From contig CAVUXE010000057.1 of NCBI GenBank assembly GCA_963745235.1, positions 1-64,000 of the forward strand: a stretch of 64,000 nt of DNA. Reading direction: 5' to 3'. This DNA is from an uncultured Spirochaetota bacterium. Lineage in GTDB: Bacteria; Spirochaetota; Spirochaetia; SZUA-6; Fen-1364. The position numbers and the translations under genes are program-made. Positions 1 to 7,369 of this stretch are shown here, one piece after another. Numbering within the stretch: position 1 is the stretch's first letter; the number at the start of each line of letters is the position of its first letter. The notes below the pieces were generated by a model. It worked only from the letters and a program-made list of their open reading frames with translations. It searched no databases and was not told the origin of the DNA.

Positions 1-720
1 GTCATCACCAGGGAACACTTCGCGGAGACTTTCATAGACGTCAATTTCGGCGCCTTCGCCCAACTCATCCGGGGTCTTGTGCTGCGCCTTGCGATTCAGT
101 ACATCAATCTGTTTCAAAAACTGTTCCCGCTCGCGATTATGCTCGGCCTGAACTTTGAGGATTTGCAGGTCACGGTCCTTTTCAAGCGCAGCACGCTGCT
201 GATCCAGCTCCTTCTTGCGGGCCGCTTCCTGCTCCTTGAGCTTCGCCTTGGCCTGATCGCGCTCCGTGGTCAGAGTGGAAAATTGGGCATTCCATGCTTC
301 CTTTGCCTTGGCCTCAGCCTGGGCTGCCGCCTGCTTGATCGCCAGGTCGCGCTCGGCGATCACCTTCTTGGCGGCCTCTTCCTGCTCCTTGAGCTTCGTC
401 TTGGCCTGATCGCGCTCCGTGGTCAGAGTGGAAAGTTGGGCATTCCATGCTTCCTTTGCCTTGGCTTCAGCCTGGGTTGCCGCCTGCTTGATCGCCAGGT
501 CGCGCTCGACGGCCATTTCAGCAACCTTTGCTTCAGCCTCCTTTTTTGCCTTTTGAACACTGACATCGATCTGCTGCTGCATGCGGCTTCGCTCGTCAGA
601 GAGTTTTCGGCGTTCCTCTTCCGCGATTCTTTCTTCGATCTCCTCGAACTTTTCCCTCGAGATCGTTGATCCGCACCAAGGGCATTTCTCCGTAGCTACC
701 CGAGGACCGGACGGCAACAT
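1..720 (-). CDS. DUF2130-like coiled-coil protein with N-terminal CPWC zinc knuckle (3' end runs off the window)
   Basis: Manual translation from ATG at 720 is open to base 1: MLPSGPRVATEKCPWCGSTISREKFEEIEER...KTPDELGEGAEIDVYESLREVFPGDD. The CxxC, long coiled coil and LGE...L...FP.D pattern resemble DUF2130. GGAGG lies upstream. The ORF track lacks it because there is no stop in the window. Confidence 0.7.
   Translation of the reverse strand, partial: MLPSGPRVATEKCPWCGSTISREKFEEIEERIAEEERRKLSDERSRMQQQIDVSVQKAKKEAEAKVAEMAVERDLAIKQAATQAEAKAKEAWNAQLSTLTTERDQAKTKLKEQEEAAKKVIAERDLAIKQAAAQAEAKAKEAWNAQFSTLTTERDQAKAKLKEQEAARKKELDQQRAALEKDRDLQILKVQAEHNREREQFLKQIDVLNRKAQHKTPDELGEGAEIDVYESLREVFPGDD
211..508. 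repeat. 153-bp (51-aa) intragenic tandem duplication
   Basis: Near-identical copies at about 211-355 and 364-508 (CTTCCTGCTCCTTGAG at 225 and 378), encoding ERDLAIKQAA.QAEAKAKEAWNAQ.STLTTERDQAK.KLKEQE twice. Confidence 0.95.
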
Positions 721-769
721 CTGTGCTCACAAGACACCTCCAATCCTCTTTATAAAAGGACCTAAAAGG

Positions 770-799
770 AACTTATCACTCCTTTTACATCCTTGTCAA
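770..799 (-). promoter_or_regulatory. Putative sigma70 promoter of the DUF2130-like gene
   Basis: Minus strand TTGACA (799-794), 18 bp, TAAGTT (775-770) with an upstream TG, in an AT-rich patch. Confidence 0.45.
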
Positions 800-835
800 G
801 TCCTTTTCGCCGGTAGGCAATTGGGCACAGACGCT

Positions 836-988
836 CGGTGGGCTGGGCACGGCTCACGCAAGGCCCGCCCCAACCCGGGCCACGCCGCCCTGGCCCGGCT
901 GGAAAAGGAAGGCACGGTGACGGGTGTGATCACACAGAACGTGGAAGGCCGACATCGCGCTGGAGGGTGCCGCTCCTGCCCACCCTGA
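836..988 (+). pseudogene. Internal fragment of a sirtuin (Sir2/CobB NAD-dependent deacylase)
   Basis: KARPNPGHAALARLEKEGTVTGVITQNVEGRHRAGG matches the sirtuin A.PN.GH.AL...VITQNVDGLH.AG segment. There is no N-terminal GAG.S motif, catalytic HG or C-terminal domain. Confidence 0.7.
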
Positions 989-1300
989 CCCGGTAGCAGG
1001 GGCACCCTGCTGCGGGTTCTCTGGCAGGCGGGGGCGGGCTCCGCCTGCGCGCGCGTGGGCCGCGAGGGCGTGCACGTGCCACCGATCGCCATCTTCAGCA
1101 TCGCCAATGGGGTGCAACCTCCTTCTTGGGGGTTGAAAGGTTTTTATTTCTTTGACGCCCCCCTTTGGGCCAGAGACACGCGGCGTCCTTGCCGCGCGTC
1201 TCTGGCCCTCTTAAGAAGGAGCGCCCCAACATGGACGTTGGGGCGCGTGGGCATGCGGTCGGCCCGTACCGATCCTTAGAAAGTCCGAAGGCCGGGAGAT

Positions 1301-1496
1301 CTACTTTCGAGTCAGTTCGTCCAGAGATGACGTCCAGCGCGGCGGCGATCTGCTGAATGGTCTTGATGGTCGGGTTCTTGTTCACCCCGGATTCCAGCTT
1401 GATCAGGGTGCTGTAGGTGACGCCTGCCTTCTTGGCCAGCTCTTCCTGGGACAGCTTGCGTTGTTTCCTGAGCTTCTTGATGTTCTGAGCAAGCAT
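1301..1496 (-). CDS. XRE-family HTH transcriptional regulator (1-bp insertion near 1328)
   Basis: MLAQNIKKLRKQRKLSQEELAKKAGVTYSTLIKLESGVNKNPTIKTIQQIAAALDV. Removing one base gives the typical end SLDELTRK* with TAG at 1303-1301, so the longer ORF-track tail to 1095 is probably an artefact. Confidence 0.85.
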
Positions 1497-1504
1497 AATT
1501 CCTC

Positions 1505-1544
1505 TTGACAACCTATCAGTATATTGCTATCATCACGTTGATAG
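1505..1544 (+). promoter_or_regulatory. Sigma70 promoter of the recombinase overlapped by a palindromic operator
   Basis: TTGACA (1505-1510), 17 bp, TATCAT (1528-1533). Inverted repeat CTATCA-N6-TGATAG at 1527-1544, plus an extra CTATCA half-site at 1513-1518. Confidence 0.65.
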
Positions 1545-1620
1545 TTTACTGAGTAGATTGCTAGTAATTGGTTGATCCTAAGTCTCGCGGGCTGATTTGG
1601 CAAGGAGATAGGTCTGTCGC

Positions 1621-3192
1621 ATGAGCAGCGCGGCGCCCCAGAGAAAAGTAGCCTTCTACATCCGCGTCTCCACCGAACGCCAAGCCAAGGTCGAAGAAGG
1701 CTCGCTGAAGAACCAGGACCAGATGCTGCGCGCGGAGCTGGACCGGCGGAACCTCCAGCACAAGGACTGGGGCGCCTTCGTGGAGAGCTACGTAGACGAG
1801 GGCATCAGCGCCAAGACCACCAACCGCCCGGCCTTCCAGCGCCTCATGCGGGACATCGAGCTGGGCCGCATCGACACGGTGATGTTCACCGAGCTGAGCC
1901 GGCTCTCCCGGTCCCTGAAAGACTTCCTGAACATCTTCGAGTTCGCCCAGCGGCACGCCTGCGACCTGGTGTGCCTGAAGACCGAGATCGACACCACCTC
2001 TCCCTACCAGGGGCTGGTGACCAAGATTCTGATCGTGTTCTCCGAGTTCGAGCGGGAGATGACTTCCCGCCGAACGGCCATCAACGCCTATGAGCGCAGC
2101 AAGCGCGGCCTGGCCAACGGCGGGCAGGTCCTCCTGGGCTACCGGCGGGACAAGAAGCACAAGGGCCGCCTGCTCATCGACGAGACCGAGGCCGCGGTGG
2201 TGCGGGCTATCTTCCAGACCTACGCGCGGGAGCAATCCATCCGCCGCACCACGGATCGGATCAAGGAGCGCTTCGAGGGCAAGAGCCCGCGCTTGAAGCG
2301 GATCACTCCCGGCAAGATCTACAGCGCGCTGAACAACAAGGGGTACGTCGGCATCCGGCAGATCAACACGCACAGCAAGGACGGCCGGGAGGAAGTGCCG
2401 GCTGCGTGGGCGCCCATCGTCACCGAGCACCTCTTCCAGAAGGCGCAGACCATCCTCAAATCCAACACGGACCGCTACCACCGCCGCGGTCCCGAGCGCT
2501 ACCTCTACCTGCTCTCCGGACTCCTGGCCTGCGGCAAGTGCGGCCAGCGGCTCCAGGGCAGGAGCGCCTACTCCTCCAACGGCAAGCGCCACCGCTACTA
2601 CTCCCACCGGACCAAGTGCCCCGAGGGCGGGCTGGACCGCATCGACGCGGAGATGGCGCAGGAGCTGGTGCTCGCGTGGCTGCGTGACGTCGCCTCCAAC
2701 GGCGAGCGGTTCCGGGAGCTTGAAGCGCAGGGCAGGAAGCGGATCGCGCATCACATCGGCGAGCTCCGGGAGTCCCTTCGCGGCCTTGAGGCGGAGGGCG
2801 CCGCCATCGAGGAGCGCGTGGAAGCGCGGATTCAGGAGCTCACCAAGACCAGGACGGAAGCGGTCCGGGAATCCATCGAGAAGAGCATCCTCGACCTGCG
2901 GCAGCGCAAGAAGGGGCTCGAAGAGAAACAGACGTTCGTCCTCGATGCCATCCGCCAGACGGAATCCATCCTCAAGAGCCAGGAGGACCAGTTCACCAGA
3001 TACAGCCGGTGGATCCGGAAGGTGCTCGACCAGACCGGGGAAGGCCTCAAGCTCGGCATCCACGGGCTGATCTCAAGGCTGCTCTTGATGGACACGGAAA
3101 TGAAACTGGCTCTCTCAGGGGTCGACCTGAAAGAGCCAGTTCGCGTGGCGTTCTCCTTCGCTCCCCCGGCCGGACTCGAACCAGCGACCTAG
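1621..3192 (+). CDS. Large serine recombinase (resolvase + recombinase + zinc-ribbon domains)
   Basis: YIRVST catalytic motif, DEGISAK...RPAFQRL, LSRLSR, SEFERE, LLSGLLACGKCG zinc ribbon and a C-terminal coiled coil. AAGGAG RBS upstream. Confidence 0.95.
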   Translation: MSSAAPQRKVAFYIRVSTERQAKVEEGSLKNQDQMLRAELDRRNLQHKDWGAFVESYVDEGISAKTTNRPAFQRLMRDIELGRIDTVMFTELSRLSRSLKDFLNIFEFAQRHACDLVCLKTEIDTTSPYQGLVTKILIVFSEFEREMTSRRTAINAYERSKRGLANGGQVLLGYRRDKKHKGRLLIDETEAAVVRAIFQTYAREQSIRRTTDRIKERFEGKSPRLKRITPGKIYSALNNKGYVGIRQINTHSKDGREEVPAAWAPIVTEHLFQKAQTILKSNTDRYHRRGPERYLYLLSGLLACGKCGQRLQGRSAYSSNGKRHRYYSHRTKCPEGGLDRIDAEMAQELVLAWLRDVASNGERFRELEAQGRKRIAHHIGELRESLRGLEAEGAAIEERVEARIQELTKTRTEAVRESIEKSILDLRQRKKGLEEKQTFVLDAIRQTESILKSQEDQFTRYSRWIRKVLDQTGEGLKLGIHGLISRLLLMDTEMKLALSGVDLKEPVRVAFSFAPPAGLEPAT

Positions 3193-3233
3193 TGGTTAAC
3201 AGCCACCCGCTCTACCGACTGAGCTACAGGGGA
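3161..3233 (-). tRNA. tRNA-Asn (GTT), CCA not encoded
   Basis: TCCCCTGTAGCTCAGTCGGTAGAGCGGGTGGCTGTTAACCACTAGGTCGCTGGTTCGAGTCCGGCCGGGGGAG folds as a cloverleaf with anticodon loop CTGTTAA and discriminator G. Confidence 0.97.
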
Positions 3234-3268
3234 ATGTTCCATCAAGGAAGCAAAAAACCGTCTGAATG

Positions 3269-4291
3269 TCAAGGGTTCGCAGCGGCGTTGCCTACGACAA
3301 TCGGCACCACCGCTTCGCACTTCGCGCATGTGTTGCCGCGCAAGCCTTCCACCCGAACCGTGTATCCCATGCGGCGCACAAGGACATTCCTGCAGTTCGG
3401 ACACAGAGTCTTCGATTCCTCGTTGCCCACGTTCCCAACGTAGACGTAGTTCAGGTGGCTGAGGGCCGCCTCCGCCATTCTCTTCACAAGCGTGGGTGAC
3501 GTCGCAGGAATGGTGTACTTGTACTGCGGGTAGTAACAGGAGAGGTGGAGCGGGATGTCACGGCTGAGAGACGCCACAAACGCGGCAAGACTCTCCATCT
3601 GCAGCGCGTCGTCGTTCTTTGTCGGGATGACCAGCGTGGTCACCTCCAGGTGGACCCGACCCGCCGCCTGGCCAAGGAACCTCTTTACCTCATCCAGCTT
3701 GCCGCCCGTCTCCGCGCGGTAGAACTCGGAATCGAATGACTTGAGGTCGATATTCGCCGCGTCCATCAGCGAAAGGACCTCTTCCCCAGGCTCGGCGTTG
3801 ATATAGCCGTTTGATACGAGGACATTCTTGAGCCCTGCTTCGTGGGCGGCCCGCGCCGCATCCAGCAGGTACTCGGCGTGGATCAACGGTTCCGAGTACG
3901 TGTAGGCGATTCCAAAGGACCCGGCATCCTTTGCTTTTCGCACAAGGTCCGCTGGGGTGACGGGCCAGGTCTCTACGTCAGTGGACTGGGAGATCTGCCA
4001 GTTCTGGCAGAACTTGCAGCGGAACGAGCAGCCAACGAATCCTGCCGACAGGATGGTGGACCCGGGATAGAAGTGATACAGAGGCTTCTTCTCGATGGGA
4101 TCAACGGCAAGTGCCGAAATCCTGCCGTAGAAGGGGAGTCGCAGCGTCCCCCCGCGGTTGAACCTGACCTTGCACACGCCGTGGCCGCCCTCTGAGATCA
4201 CGCATCCGTGCGGACACAGCGAGCAGACTGCTTTTCCGTCCGCTCGCCGCGTGAACCAGAGCGCCTCCCGGGTCAGGCCGCCGTCATCCAT
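3269..4291 (-). CDS. amrS: AmmeMemoRadiSam system radical SAM enzyme
   Basis: C.LCPH.C...G.C.VR N-terminus, DPIEKKPLYHF, CSFRCKFC radical SAM triad, YTYSEP and a C-terminal YVYVGN...CP.C. Confidence 0.9.
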   Translation of the reverse strand: MDDGGLTREALWFTRRADGKAVCSLCPHGCVISEGGHGVCKVRFNRGGTLRLPFYGRISALAVDPIEKKPLYHFYPGSTILSAGFVGCSFRCKFCQNWQISQSTDVETWPVTPADLVRKAKDAGSFGIAYTYSEPLIHAEYLLDAARAAHEAGLKNVLVSNGYINAEPGEEVLSLMDAANIDLKSFDSEFYRAETGGKLDEVKRFLGQAAGRVHLEVTTLVIPTKNDDALQMESLAAFVASLSRDIPLHLSCYYPQYKYTIPATSPTLVKRMAEAALSHLNYVYVGNVGNEESKTLCPNCRNVLVRRMGYTVRVEGLRGNTCAKCEAVVPIVVGNAAANP

Positions 4292-4292
4292 T

Positions 4293-5456
4293 CTACCCCA
4301 GCTTGGCCTTGATGGCCTCCACCTTGTCCGTCTTTTCCCAGGAAAAGCCGTCCCGTCCGAAATGACCGTAGCTGGCCGTCTCGCGGTAGATGGGATGCAG
4401 CAGATCCAGGGTGGTGATGATGCCCTGCGGGGTCAGGTCGAAAACCTCGTCCACTGCTTTTTCGATCTTTTCATCAGGGACCTTCCCTGTTCCGAAGGTG
4501 GACACGAAGAGCGAGACTGGTTTTGCAATCCCAATGGCGTAGGCGATCTGGACCTCGCACTTTTCGCACAGCCCCGTGGCGACGATATTCTTGGCAACGT
4601 AACGGGCCATGTACGAGGCGGAGCGGTCCACCTTGGTTGGGTCCTTGCCGGAAAAAGCCCCGCCGCCGTGTCGGGCCATGCCTCCGTAAGTGTCGACAAT
4701 GATCTTCCGCCCCGTGAGCCCCGTGTCCCCGTGCGGCCCTCCGATTACGAAGCGACCGGTGGGATTGATGTGGTACACGGTCTTCCCATCCAGAAGCGAG
4801 GCGGGGATGGCCTTCTTGATGACGCACTGGATGAGCGCTTCCTGGAGCTCTTTGTACGACACTTCCTCCGAGTGCTGATGGGAGAGCACAACAGTTGCCA
4901 CCCGGGCCGGCTTTCCGTCCTTGTACTCCACGGAAACCTGGCACTTTCCGTCCGGCCTCAGGAAGTCGAGGCTGCCATCCTTGCGCGCCTTGGAGGCGGT
5001 CAGCATGATCTGGTGGGCCAGACTGATGGGCGCCGGCATGAGGCTCGGAGTTTCGTTGCACGCATACCCGAACATCATTCCCTGGTCTCCAGCACCCATC
5101 TCGTGATGGAGCCCTGTCCCGTTCACCCCCTGGGCGATGTCCGGGGACTGCTTCTGGATCGTGGAAACGACCGAGCATGATTCATAGTCGATCCCGAAAG
5201 AGGGATCCGTGTAGCCGATTGCCTTGAGGACGCCGCGCACCACATGCTGAAGATCGATGTAGCCAGTGGTGGTGATTTCTCCGCCAACCAGCACCAGCCC
5301 GGTCGTTGTGAACGATTCACAGGCCACGTGCGACGCGGGGTCCTGACGAAGCGCCTCGTCCAGAACCGCATCCGAGACCTGGTCACAGACCTTGTCCGGG
5401 TGCCCTTCGCCAACGCTTTCCGATGTGAACGTGAAATCTTTCCGCTGAGTCACCAT
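4293..5456 (-). CDS. metK: S-adenosylmethionine synthetase
   Basis: [19 protein letters not shown] and GGGAFSGKD motifs. Confidence 0.99.
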   Translation of the reverse strand: MVTQRKDFTFTSESVGEGHPDKVCDQVSDAVLDEALRQDPASHVACESFTTTGLVLVGGEITTTGYIDLQHVVRGVLKAIGYTDPSFGIDYESCSVVSTIQKQSPDIAQGVNGTGLHHEMGAGDQGMMFGYACNETPSLMPAPISLAHQIMLTASKARKDGSLDFLRPDGKCQVSVEYKDGKPARVATVVLSHQHSEEVSYKELQEALIQCVIKKAIPASLLDGKTVYHINPTGRFVIGGPHGDTGLTGRKIIVDTYGGMARHGGGAFSGKDPTKVDRSASYMARYVAKNIVATGLCEKCEVQIAYAIGIAKPVSLFVSTFGTGKVPDEKIEKAVDEVFDLTPQGIITTLDLLHPIYRETASYGHFGRDGFSWEKTDKVEAIKAKLG

Positions 5457-5520
5457 TGCTCTTTTCCTCTGTTCTGGAAAACCGTGCTGAAAAACGCAGG
5501 AGCTCGCGGGGGACGTGCCT

Positions 5521-5575
5521 GGTTTTTTAGCACTTTTTTACGTGGTTGCAATACACCGCAAATCACTCCACGGGA
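5521..5575 (-). ncRNA. SAM-II-like riboswitch aptamer in the metK leader
   Basis: Minus strand CGTGG-agTGATTT-GCGGTGTA-TTGCA-a-CCACG-TAAAAAAGT-GCTAAA-AAACC. It shows the P1 stem (CGTGG/CCACG) and the UGAUUU, UUGCA, A-rich linker and GCUAAA elements in SAM-II order, between a promoter and metK. Confidence 0.8.
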
Positions 5576-5593
5576 CCTACCGTCCGGGAGAGT

Positions 5594-5622
5594 ATTCTAT
5601 CCTCCGGCCTGCCGCTCGTCAA
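5594..5622 (-). promoter_or_regulatory. Sigma70 promoter of metK-amrS
   Basis: TTGACG (5622-5617), 17 bp, TAGAAT (5599-5594). Confidence 0.8.
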
Positions 5623-5634
5623 GCGCGCATTCAC

Positions 5635-7300
5635 CAGCAGTTCTCAGTTTGACCTCCTCCAAAATGAGCGCCGAGGGAAAGCCGGTAACGCCTGTCTAGT
5701 CCTAGACATGGCTCTGTATTGCCGCTACTCTGGTGCCAGAGCCATGGAACGGGAGGGGGTCTACCAGAAGCTGCTGGACTTGCTCGGGACCGCTATCGCT
5801 GCGTTTCCCGACCTGCGCGAAGGGCAAGAATCGTCAGTACTCCATGGTGGATATTGCGCGGGGAGCCTTCGGGGTGTTCTTCTGCCAGAGCCCGTCCTTC
5901 CTGGCCCACCAGCACCTCATGGAGCAAGCTCAAGGTCGTAATAACGGGCGGACACTCTTCGGCGTGCAAAGACTGCCAAGCGACAACCATGTCCGCGCTC
6001 AGCTGGACGCGGTGGATCCGCAGTTGCTGCGCCGCGTGTTTCAGCAGACAAGCGAGTACCTGATCAAGGAGAAAGTGCTGGAGAAGTTCCGCTCGGTGGG
6101 CAACACGCTCTTGGTGGCTTTGGATGGCACGGGGTACTTCGGCTCCGAGAGCATCCACTGCGATCAGTGCAGCGTGGCGCATCACAAGGACGGGCGCACG
6201 GTATACTCGCACAGCGTCGTGCTGGCGGCGGTGGTGGCCCCGAAGATGCCCCATGTCATTCCGCTGCAACCCGAGTTCATCCGCCCCCAGGATGGCAAGG
6301 ACAAGCAGGACTGCGAGCAGCGGGCAGCGCGGCGATGGCTGGCGCAGGTGGCTCCCCTGTACAGCGATCTGGATGTCACCCTGCTGGGCGACGCGATGTA
6401 TGCCACCCAGCCGCTGATCCAGGAGGTCCTGGATGCAGAAATGGGCTACCTATTTACTGCCAAAGAAGACTCTGCATCGGTATCTGTACGAGGAGATCGC
6501 CTCCTTGGAGAAACTCGGTGAGGTACACTCCCTGGAGCGCAGGCACTGGACGGGGCGAAAGCACCAGTTCTGGCGTTACCGCTGGGCAAACGGGGTACGG
6601 CTTCGAAACTCTGATGACTCCCTCAACGTCAACTGGGCCGAACTGAGCATCAGTGGCGAGGATGGCAAGAAGAGCTTCCACACCGCGTGCATCAGCAGTC
6701 ACTTGGTGAGCGAGGAAAACGTCGAAGAGTTGGTGCAAGCGGCCCGAACACGCTGGAAGATCGAGAACGAGGATATCAACACGCTGAAGACCAAGGGCTA
6801 TCACTTCGAGCACAACTTCGGTCACGGCAAGCTGTTCCTTGCTCAGACGTTGTTGTCGCTGAACCTGCTGGCATTCCTCTTCCACACGGTGCTGGAACTG
6901 CTGGACCGCCGCTGTGCCCTCATCCGCGCCACACTGCCTCGCCGCGATACTTTCTTCCAACACCTGGGGGTACTGACCCAATACATGTGCTTCGAGGGTT
7001 GGCAACAGCTGATGCTGTTCATGTTGGACGGCCTGAAGCTGGCCGACCCGGGCGGATAGACCCTCACCATCAGTCGAAGGCAATCCCGACTCAGCAGCTC
7101 ATTTCAGCCAAAGCCCACGCAACAGGCATGCCATAAAACATCCGCAAGTATTCTTCCTCACTTGAGATGCCCTCTCCCTGGCAAAGCCCGCTGTCAGTCC
7201 GATCCGTTCTCCACGCGTTCCCCATGACAAATTGGACGGGCCTCCCCACGTCGACTACGTGGTGGATTGGCTCCGGGCGAAGTCAAACTGAGAACTGCTG
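5635..7300 (+). mobile_element. Complete 1666-bp insertion sequence (DDE transposase, ISNCY-like)
   Basis: Perfect 19-bp TIR CAGCAGTTCTCAGTTTGAC (5635-5653; reverse complement 7282-7300) and 9-bp target duplication CGCATTCAC (5626-5634 and 7301-7309). Confidence 0.95.
5744..7059 (+). CDS. DDE transposase with two frameshifts (near 5820 and 6462)
   Basis: Joined frames read MEREGVYQKLL...FPDLR/GKNRQYSM...FFCQSPSFL...VALDGT...LLGDAMY/...RTRWKIENE..NTLKTKGYHFEHNFGHG. Confidence 0.9.
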
Positions 7301-7369
7301 CGCATTCACGCCCATGGAGCTCATCGAAAGTCGCTGATAGCAATTCGGAACAGACTCCCGCCGCGGTGA

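Larger units (their letters stand above)
1..3192. mobile_element. Right end of an integrative element inserted at tRNA-Asn (left end outside the window)
   Basis: Recombinase and divergent XRE plus accessory and decayed cargo abut the tRNA 3' end. Housekeeping genes begin on the other side of the tRNA. Confidence 0.75.

Noticed and set aside
79-669. Leu-rich 196-aa plus-strand ORF with an internal repeat
   Set aside because: It is the antisense shadow of the minus-strand coiled-coil gene (1-720).
854-1117. 87-aa minus-strand ORF with a GAAGGAGG RBS and TTG start
   Set aside because: It has no recognisable motif and runs antisense into the sirtuin remnant, so it is at most a gene fragment.
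3189-3404. ORF ending in SPVAQSVERVAVNH
   Set aside because: It is a translation of the tRNA-Asn gene.
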